DNA of 64,000 nucleotides, taken from positions 61,876,001 through 61,940,000 of the forward strand of contig OZ024741.1 of NCBI GenBank assembly GCA_964016885.1, in the 5' to 3' direction. The notes below the pieces were generated by a model. It was given only the letters and a program-made list of their open reading frames with translations. It was not told the DNA's origin and made no database searches. Positions 54,546-64,000 of the stretch are shown one piece after another; within the stretch, counting starts at the first letter, position 1; each line of letters starts with the position of its first letter. The DNA is from Eledone cirrhosa. Its lineage: Eukaryota. The position numbers were made by a program, and so were the translations under genes.

Positions 54546-55096
54546 ATTCTAGTCGAAATACCACCCTCTAGATAGTTGTCTGCTAGTGTAAGTATGTGTG
54601 TGTATGCATACGTTTTGAAACGATTCAATCGATGTGTACAAATGTATGAAAAGGAAAACACACTTTTGACGTGCAAACATGCAAATGATAAAAACCCGCA
54701 CTAACATCTTGCCATTAGTGCATCAAGCTAAATACCTTGCAGTATTTAGCTATGGTCCTTGGCAATCTGAGATCAAATTTTGGTCTTCCAAGGTCAATAA
54801 AGTACCTAACAAGCGCTGGGATTACATATAATCGATTTTTGTGTGTGTGTGTGTGTGTGTGTGTCCCAACACCTAAAACTGCTGGCCTTGTGCCTACATT
54901 AGAAATCATCATAATATTTTAGGGTGATGGATTAACAGAATTATTAGAGCATTGAAAATATGTTTTGCAGCCCCAACCCTGTCAAAGAAGTCAGTGATTC
55001 CAATTAAATACTGACTTGGTCTGTGGTGAACTGTTTCTCCCTTGCTAACATGGAAAGTGGACTTTAACTCTTTAGCATTTACATTACTCAATATAT

Positions 55097-55670
55097 ATCC
55101 AGTCTGGGACCCCTATCTTGCTCAGAACATTGACCGCCTGGAAACTGTTCAGAGACGTGCAACCAAGCGCATACCCTCCATCAGACACCTACCATACTCT
55201 GAACGCCTTGCTTCCCTGGGCATGAATACATTGTAGCTCCAACGACTGGCAACTGACTTGGTAAACACCCACAAAATTATTATCCATCTTACCAACAATA
55301 ACCCTGAGTACCTCTTTGATTTCCATGTGTCTAACACACGTGGGCATGCCAACAAAGTCAGAAAACAACACAGCTCCCATGACTCTCGGAAACATTTTTT
55401 CACACTCAGAGTTGTCGAAGCATGGAACAAACTGCATCAGTTGTTAGCTGTCGAGACACTGCATCCTTTAAAACCTCCATGCTTCCTGAGATTAGCCAAC
55501 ACTACACCTCATATTCCCCCTCCATACACACGCACGCATGTATATCATGACTCATACACTATTCACTTCCCTGACATTTGTATATTATTCTATGTACTAT
55601 ACATGCATCTTTGATGAGTTGTAGTGCACCTGAGCACTGTACACAATAATTTCATTATTATTATTATTAT
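55097..55670 (+). mobile_element. CR1-clade LINE 3' fragment with (ATT)n tail
   Basis: PVWDPYL..NIDRLETVQRRATKRIP...LPYSERL, TRGH..K, FFTLRVVEAWNKL. Confidence 0.85.
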
Positions 55671-55671
55671 A

Positions 55672-55872
55672 GGGCAGTGGATTGGCAGTATCGGTAGAGG
55701 GTCGGACACCATGCGTTCCAGCATAGTTACGTCCCTTTACGATCTGAGTTCAAATCCCGCCGAGGTTGACTTTGCCTTTTATCCTTACGGGGTCGATAAA
55801 ATAAAGTACCAGTAATGCACTGGGTATTTGCTGGCCTTGTGCCTAAAGTAGAAACAATTATTATTATTATTA
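55672..55872 (+). mobile_element. (ATT)n-tailed SINE
   Basis: B box gagttcaaatccc; central ccgaggttgactttgccttttatccttacggggtcgataaaataaagtaccag. Confidence 0.75.
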
Positions 55873-57677
55873 TACTGTTGTATTTTTGTGGTAAAGGCTT
55901 TATCTTACACAATTACCTCACATATTATTGAATCTACGAGATATTTATGTTATTTATTTTGAGAACACTACTATCAGTTTGAGTGGCCAGTTATGACCAG
56001 TTTGAACAGAAAGAGTTGAGAGAATTCTGGCCGGAAATGGCTGGTTTAAATGCTAAAGGATTAAATGAAGATGTTGGTTAGTTCTTATAGAATAAAATTC
56101 TCTTCCTGCCCCTTTAAAAAAAAGGTATTCTATTTTAGTAATATGCACCAAACACTATTGACAGATTAGCTTCCAGCAAGATTCCATTTCCATATTCATT
56201 CCCCACCCCATCCCCAAATTAGATATATTTCCTTCTAACACATTATACCACACACAAATTTGTTTAACATTACAATAATTAACATCCCCCCCCCAAAAAA
56301 AAAAGAGGAAAAGATTAAAAAATAAACAAAAAGAATATTTTTAAATGAGAAATTTAAATTAAAGAAAAGTTTGAATTGTAATTAAATATTTATCATATAA
56401 TATTAAGAACAGATATTTTCACCTTGACAAGCAAATGGATGCAAAAGAACAAATTAAGAAACTAGTAAAAGTGAAATTAAAAAGAGACAAATTTTAGTAT
56501 CAGTAATGTGAAGAAGACTTTTAGAGTGTTTAACAACATTTCTTGATGGTTTTATTTGACTATTCGATTTTTTAATTTTTTTATTATGTAGGTTTAAACA
56601 TTGTTTTTCTTTTCAATGAATTTGACAATCGTTAAGGCATTGGAATATGATATTTGTCCAAGCTCTTTACACTCTGAGTTCAATTCCTGCCATGGTTATC
56701 AGGGGTGATAAATGAAATAGAAATCATGGAGTGGTGGAATTATTAGAAAGGCAACAAATTATCAGAGGTGTTAGAATCTCAGACAGAATATCCTATGTTA
56801 TTTGTTCTAGCTCTTCACACTCTGAGTTCAATTCCTAGGAGTGATAAATGAAATAGCAATCCAGGAGTGGTGGAATTGTTAGAAAGCCAACAAATTAACA
56901 GAGGTGTTGTTGATTGACAGAATTGTTAGTATTAGACAGGATGTTTTGCAGTATCTGTTACTGTTCTCTGTGTTCTGAACTCAAATACTACTGAGATCAC
57001 CTTTGCATTTCATTCTCACCTTTTCATTCGTTGAGAAAAAATAAACCCCAATTAATCACACCACTTCTGCCATTTCTATGATAGCATCCACTAAGATTTT
57101 ATATCTAACCCCACCACCTAATCTAGTAGATCCTCCCAGCTGCAACCACGTAGCAGATGCGACCTAGCCCATCCATATCTAATCACTACTGAAGAGTGAT
57201 GGAACATCACTCTTCAGTAACAATTCTCATCATCACTGTGTGCCTTCACTATATCTTACATCACTTTCATACACTTTCCCCTTCACACTACCCTATTAAA
57301 TCCCCCCACACATGTCATACATCCAATAATCCTATTTGTCATCTTACTGAAACACAGCTACCTTCAGACAAAAAATATCAAGCCTAAACTAGAACATATG
57401 CAAGCGTGACATACCAACACCCCACACCTCATTCCAATAACTTTGATTAACTACTGACTTGTCAATGAAAACCTATCTAGTCCATGGCAAGAAGGAAAAA
57501 TGGCTGGTTTGGAAACATTGTTTGTGAACTGATTTGTTGATTTGTTCATGATGAGAGACGTTCATGAACCAAGATTTCAGTGTATACATATAATCATCAC
57601 CAATTAATATCTGTTTTCCCATGCTTGCATGAGTTGGATGGGGGTACTTTTTTAGCAAAGCATATGTGTATACATAT

Positions 57678-58020
57678 GGAGGCACATGGCTTAGTGTTTA
57701 GAGGATTGGCCTTGCAATCGAAAGGTTGTGAGTTCAATTCTCAGACCGGGTGATGTGTTGTTTCCTTGAGCAAGACACTTTATTTCACATTGCTCCAGTT
57801 TACTCAGCTGTAGAAATGAGATGATAGAGACTGGGGTCGATATCATTCCACTGCAAAGTGGTCGTGGAGGTTCCATGGCAAAAAAGCACCCAGCACTCAC
57901 TGTAAATGGGGTTGGTGTTAGGAAGGGCATCCAGCTGTAGAAATCAAGCCAGCATCAGTTCCCGTCCCACCCTTGCAAGCAGGGAAAAAGCGAAAGCAAA
58001 ATGAAATGATGATGATGATA
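57678..58020 (+). mobile_element. tRNA-derived SINE, tail type A
   Basis: Near-identical to 48464-48820. Confidence 0.88.
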
Positions 58021-58024
58021 TATG

Positions 58025-58900
58025 ATGCTGTAAAAGAGGTAGCATGGAAGTTCCACAAAGAAAGACAACTGAATTAGGAGAATGCATAAGAGAGTTTTCT
58101 CCAAGTAAACTCAACAGAGGGTCTGGCTATACAAGTCAGCAGTAGTATTAGTAAGGCAATCATGGATATGAAGACTAGCAAAACAGTTGAACCATCAGGG
58201 ATAGTTGCTAATATGCTGAAAGCCTCTGGGTTGGTGGATCATACCTTAACCACCTGTATTATAAATGAAGTAATACAAAATGGTGTCATTGTCAACTGTT
58301 ACATGGGCAAAGGTGATGCTCTTTACAGAGAAAACTATAAAGGCATCAAGTTAGTTGACCAGGTCATGAAGGTCACATAACACTGATTAGGGACAATGTT
58401 AACCTAGATGAGATGTAATTTGGATTTATGCGATGTAAAAGTACCACTGATGCCCTCTTCCTTGTGAGGAAACTGCAGGAACAGTACCTATCTAAAAGTA
58501 AACCCTTCTACTTGTCATTTGTTGACCTGGATAAAGCTTGTGACAGAGTCCCTCATTCTATTATTTGGTGGCCTCTTAGAAAACTATAGGTAGACTATTG
58601 TCTTGTGAGGGCAGTACAAGCCATGTATAGAGGAACAGTCAGGAATGATTATATTAAATAATTTAGTGTGCAGGTACAAGTTCATCAGGGCTCTGTTCTT
58701 AGTCCTTGCCTCTTTATTATTGTTCTGCAGGCTCTAACAGAAGAGTTTAAGATTGGCTGCCCATGGGAACTTCTGTATGCAGATCTAACTTTTATAGCTG
58801 AATCTAGTGCAGAATTACGCAATAGTATGTGTAGCTCATCATTCCAAGTATAGCTACTACTTCTCTGAATTGAGAGATCATGGCTCTGATACCACAGATA
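58025..58900 (+). mobile_element. Decayed RTE RT domain
   Basis: KGDALYRENYKGIKL, FVDLDKA.DRVP, VHQGSVLSPCLF, CPWELLYAD. Confidence 0.85.
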
Positions 58901-59039
58901 TGTCTCAGGAAAGAATCGCTGGATAGAGAAGGGGGCGGGAGATGATGATGATGATGCTGCTGAGGAGGAGGGAGAAGAAGTATTGGAGGCAAAAATTGTT
59001 TAAAAAATGAAACAAACTCACTGTATATTCAAAGATATA

Positions 59040-59330
59040 CAACAGTAATTTTCAAACATAATTGAATCAAACTACCATCTCTAAATGACTTGAAAAAAAA
59101 CCTCTATTTACATTTTGGTTACTAATCAAAGTATGAGTTTCACTTAGATAATGTCTTTGGTATGTTTAAATGTTTACAGGAAGAAAGCGATTATTTTAGA
59201 TTCTTGAGAAAAATTTCTTCTGGCAATATTTTACTAAACAGGATGTCTTCTTTAATGTCGGATATAATTACAGGGTTAACAACAAATTTGCCATTTAATG
59301 GACAAATTTTATGTCTACCAAACATGAACT
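59040..59330 (-). mobile_element. Highly decayed PLE GIY-YIG fragment
   Basis: Minus strand KICPLNGK...VI, TLSK, FRDGSL.QLCL with frameshifts. Confidence 0.45.
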
Positions 59331-59861
59331 ATATATATACATATATATATATAATAAGCATGGATGAGGTGTCAAATATATGTGTGTGTGTGTGTATGCA
59401 TGTGTGTGTACATGTATGGGTGTGTGTGTGTGTGTGCATAGCTTCTGTAGTCACAGAAAATGCAAAAATCAATGCTAACCTTTGTATATATCCATGCACT
59501 TGTGGATGCAAGAGAGAGTTCTACATTAATGCAAAGATATAAAAGGTGGGCCATTAAAGTATGATCCTCTATAAAAATTCATATTTATATTCCTTCATTG
59601 AATATAAATAAAAATGTTAAACAAAAAACATATAAAGATAAACATCTAAATGTTTTTTTTCCCTAAAATTATTTTATTTTTAAAAGTTTTTTTTCCAAAT
59701 ACCTACTATAGATTATTTCCATTGAAAAAGTAAACCAAACCTGTTGGGATAATAGTTTGTGAAAAAGAAAAATTTGCTCAAGATTTTAAAAGGATATGAA
59801 TTTTGTTGATAATAGTTCACACTTAAATGACCCACACTCTGTATGTGTGTGTGTGTATATA

Positions 59862-60200
59862 TCATTTTCATTTTACGTCCGCTTTTCCCTGCTTGCAAGG
59901 GTGGGACGAGAACTGATTCTGGCTTGATTTCTACAGCTGAATATCCTTCTTAACACCAACCTCATTTACAGTGAGTGATGGGTGCTTTTATGTCTACCAC
60001 GTCCACTTTTACAGTGTGGGCTGGGTGCTTTTTTTCCGTGGCACCTCCATGACCACTTTGCAGTGGAATGATACCTACAGCTGAGTAAACTGGAGCAATG
60101 TGAAATAAAGTGTCTTGCTCAAGGAAACAACACATCATCCGGTCTGAGAATTGAACTTACAATTGCCAGGCCAATGCTCTAACCACTAAGCCATGCGCCT
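59862..60200 (-). mobile_element. tRNA-derived SINE, tail type A
   Basis: Reverse complement matches the other copies with small deletions. Confidence 0.85.
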
Positions 60201-60474
60201 CTCTCTCTCTCTCTCTCACTCTCTCGAGAGAAATTCTTAGGCTTTTTTGAGAGCATGGCAACTTCCCTGGTGCTGGTGTTACAAAATGCATTCAGTACAC
60301 TCTGTAAGGTTGGTATTAGAAAGGCCATCCAGCGGTTAAAACCATGCTAAAATCAGGAATGTATGAATGTAACATGGCTCCTGGCCTGACTATATAGGCA
60401 GCAACCCTGGATGAAAATTGTCTCAACCTGTTCCAACCATGACAGAATGGAAAATAGGGATATGATGATGATGG

Positions 60475-60720
60475 AGAGAGAGGAAGGAATAGAGAGGGGG
60501 CGAGAAAGGGATAGAGAGAGAGGAAGGAATAGAGAGGAGATGAGAAAGGATAGAGAGAGAAGAAGGAATAGAGAGGAGATGAGAAAGGATAGAGAGAGAG
60601 GAAGGAATAGAGAGGGGGCGAGAAAGGGATAGTGAGAGAGGAAGGAATAGAGAGGAGATGAGAAAGGATAGAGAGAGAGGAAGGAATAGAGAGGGGGCGA
60701 GAAAGGGATAGTGAGAGAGA
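60475..60720. repeat. GA-rich ~36-bp minisatellite
   Basis: gagagaggaaggaatagagagg...gagaaa(g)ggata repeated about 6-7 times. Confidence 0.85.
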
Positions 60721-61111
60721 AAGAAGATAGAGATGGGTGGGAGAGAGAGGGGGAGTGTGTGAGGAATGAGAGAGGGTGAGAAGAGATACAAGTTATTATT
60801 ATTGTTAATGTTCAAATGCCTATACTAAGTCGTTCTTTGGAGAGAGAAAAGGAGAGAAGGAAAGGAGTTCAATTGGGGAGAAGAAGACAAACATTTGTAA
60901 CATGCATCACATCTGCATAAACATATAGATATATAAATGTGTATGTGCATGCATTGAGAAATTGAAGCCCAAAGCAAGGCTTACTGTTTCACATCCAATT
61001 CTTCAGTTAGAAAATGCAACTTGTTGTGTGAAGGCTTCAATAACATCATCTTTGTCTGTTCCCTTGTCATTTTAATTTAGATTGCCATGAGAACATAACC
61101 TTATTATGTAA

Positions 61112-61192
61112 GAAGCTGTCTGATGAGATCATGGCACTGGATATGCGGAATCGCGTGGCCATTGTCGTCATTGAAATATGTATCACAACTTT
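61112..61192 (+). ncRNA. Type I hammerhead ribozyme-like motif at a PLE-like 3' end
   Basis: Stem I gaagctgt/acaacttt; core CTGATGA 61120-61126; stem II; GAAA 61173-61176; near-palindromic stem III atatgtat; ATC triplet; AATAAA at 61196. Confidence 0.6.
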
Positions 61193-61820
61193 ATCAATAA
61201 AGGACTTTAACATCTGAAACTACTTCACATTTTTTTACTCTCTCATATATATATATATAGTATTAAGGATACTATTTATGGTTATGTATATACTAAAACC
61301 TTTTATAGTTATATATATTTTAAACCCTAAATAGTGAAATACAGTAATTTATTACTATCTTATTACCAGTAAGATAAATAGCTCAATGTAACAACATCAG
61401 TTGTTTTACAGAGCAGTTATATAGAAATTACATGAATCAAAGTTCTGTTTAAATCATTTATTTGCTTACAATTGTTTCTTCCAAACCGAGGTTTGGAGTC
61501 TTCGGAGCAATTATTCAGTGATTTCTTACATACTTTACCTCCTTTTCAACACAAGAGACATATAGAAACATATGTATATATTGACCCACAGTGGGTTGAC
61601 ATCTATTATAATAATACAGCATGGCAATTTACATACAAAGATTACAGTCATATTAAAGGACAAAATTAAAGTTAAAATTAAAATTAAAATTAAAATAAAA
61701 CATTGGCAGTTTACGAAGATAAAGCAAGAGGATAGTTTGGAGTAGCCAGTGTATGCAACAGTCACACATGAAGCATGCACGTGTGTCCTATTTATACAAG
61801 ATTATAGTGCGGCAGATTGT

Positions 61821-61877
<57 letters not shown>

Positions 61878-61884
<7 letters not shown>

Positions 61885-62288
61885 TTAGTTAAGCAAACCG
61901 AGACTACAGATTTCACAAGGAAGACATTATTAAAAGATTGTCAACATATTTTAGTTTGATGTAAGAAATGTAGAGAATAATAATAATAATAATATTAATA
62001 ATAATTAATTTTTATTTTTATTTATATTCCTTTTGAAGTTCCGATGAGCTGCTCTATTTATACTTATGTTAATTATTTTCAACTGAACCAGATCAATAAT
62101 GATATATAATCATTTGATCCAGAAATATTATATGGAGTAGCGAAACAATTGTAAACGGACATTATTATTATTAATATTATTATTATTATTCTCTACATTC
62201 CTTACATCAAACAAAAATATGTTGACAATCTTTTAATAATGTCTTCCTTGTGAAATCTGTGGTCTTGATTTGCTTAATTAATGAATAT
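61878..62288. repeat. ~125-bp inverted repeat enclosing the hammerhead-like motif
   Basis: 61878-62005 versus about 62164-62288, with roughly 5 transitions and small indels. Confidence 0.9.
62038..62156 (+). ncRNA. Hammerhead-like motif with extended stem-loop II and a core substitution
   Basis: CCGATGA 62041-62047; stem II gctgctctat/atggagtagc; GAAA 62142-62145; palindromic acaattgt; GTA triplet; short stem I gtt/aac. Confidence 0.6.
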
Positions 62289-62451
62289 TTCCAGCTCTGT
62301 GCACCTAACATCTGCATGAACCCAGACACCTAGCTGCCTTCCACTGCATATTGCACATTGAGCACATGCCTTTACGCTTTGGCTTCTAAATAATTCACCA
62401 ATCTCTCCTCTCCTATCTCCATCTCTCTCTTTAAGATTGGTTACTCTTGAA

Positions 62452-62494
<43 letters not shown>

Positions 62495-62498
<4 letters not shown>

Positions 62499-64000
62499 AC
62501 CAACAATGTATCCTTCCACCATACACCCCACAACTAACAATGTATCCTTCCACCACACACCCCACAACCAACAATGTATCCTTCCACCACACACCCCACA
62601 CCCAACAATGTATCCTTCCACCACACACCCCACAACCAACAATGTATCCTTCCACCACACACCCCACAACCAACAATGCATCCTTCCACCACACACCCCA
62701 CAACCAACAATGTATCCTTCCACCATACACCCCACAACTAACAATGTATCCTTCCACCACACACCCCACAACCAACAATGTATCCTTCCAACACACACCC
62801 CACAACCAACAATGTATCCTTCCACCATACACCCCACAACTAACAATGTATCGTTCCACCACACACCCCACACCCAACAATGTATCCTTCCACCACACCC
62901 CACAACCAACAATGTATCCTTCCACCACACACCCCACAACCAACCATGTATCCTTCCACCACACACCCCACAACCAACGATGTATCCTTCCACCACACAC
63001 CCCACAACCAACGATGTATCCTTCCACCACACACCCCACAACCAACGATGTATCCTTCCACCACACACCCCACAACCAACAATGTATCCTTCCACCATAC
63101 ACCCCACAACTAACAATGTATCCTTCCACCACACACCCCACACCCAACAATGTATCCTTCCACCACACACCCCACAACCAACAATGTATCCTTACACCAC
63201 ACACCCCACAACCAACAATGCATCCTTCCACCACACACCCCACAACCAACAATGTATCCTTCCACCATACACCCCACAACTAACAATGTATCCTTCCACC
63301 ACACACCCCACAACCAACAATGTATCCTTCCACCACACACCCCACAACAAACAATGTATCCTTCCACCATACACCCCACAACTAACAATGTATCCTTCCA
63401 CCACACACCCCACAACCAACAATGTATCCTTCCACCATAGACGCCACAACCAACAATGTATCCTTCCACCACACACCCCACAACCAACAATGTATCCTTC
63501 CACCATACACCCCACAACTAACAATGTATCGTTCCACCACACACCCCACACCCAACAATGTATCCTTCCACCACACCCCACAACCAACAATGTATCCTTC
63601 CACCACACCCCACAACCAACAATGTATCCTTCCACCACACACCCCACAACCAACAATGTATCCTTCCACCATACACCCCACAACTAACAATGTATCCTTC
63701 CACCACACACCCCACACCCAACAATGTATCCTTCCACCACACCCCACAACCGACAATGTATCCTTCCACCACACACCCCACAACCAACAATGTATCCTTC
63801 CACCACACACCCCACAACCAACAATGTATCCTTCCACCACACACCCCACAACCAACAATGTATCCTTCCACCACACACCCCACAACCAACGATGTATCCT
63901 TCCACCACACACCCCACAACCAACAATGTATCCTTCCACCATACACCCCACAACTAACAATGTATCGTTCAACCACACACCCCACACCCAACAATGTATC
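62495..64000. repeat. 34-bp minisatellite caaccaacaatgtatccttccaccacacacccca
   Basis: Period 34 (62505, 62539 and onward); highly homogeneous; runs off the window end. Confidence 0.97.

Larger units (their letters stand above)
55068..56060 (-). mobile_element. piggyBac-type MITE split by nested CR1 and SINE insertions
   Basis: TTAA|CTCTTTAGCATTTACATTACTC at 55068; body resumes near 55873 and ends TTTAAATGCTAAAGGA|TTAA at 56060. Confidence 0.75.

Noticed and set aside
57060-57420. Possible PLE GIY-YIG remnant (YPIKSPHTCHTSN)
   Set aside because: Too degraded to support by eye.
62274-63994. Many overlapping ORFs (WGVWWKDT, HPTTNNVSF)
   Set aside because: Frame rotation of a 34-bp tandem repeat.

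Overview
AT-rich, repeat-saturated eukaryotic DNA. The SINE/RTE families and long (TA)n/(CA)n tracts suggest a coleoid cephalopod such as Octopus; this is an inference. The only host coding sequence I can support is one 677-nt minus-strand internal exon (49826-50502) of THUMPD3, a tRNA m2G6 methyltransferase; I found no other exons of it in the window. The rest is nested transposon debris: RTE LINEs of at least two families, modular tRNA-derived SINEs, Penelope-like (PLE) remnants with hammerhead-like motifs and fold-backs, non-autonomous Helitrons, piggyBac-type TTAA MITEs, an internally deleted DD34D mariner, CR1 and CRE-like fragments, and 32-, 34-, 36- and 40-bp minisatellites. Most long ORFs in the track are low-complexity artefacts. 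Best leads: (1) a C4HC3 PHD finger inside the RT domain of the RTE LINE; (2) a SINE that appears to have swapped tails between two RTE partners, both present here; (3) several hammerhead-like and fold-back mini-elements, one with a four-way-junction variant. All calls come from reading the sequence by eye; repeat boundaries are approximate.
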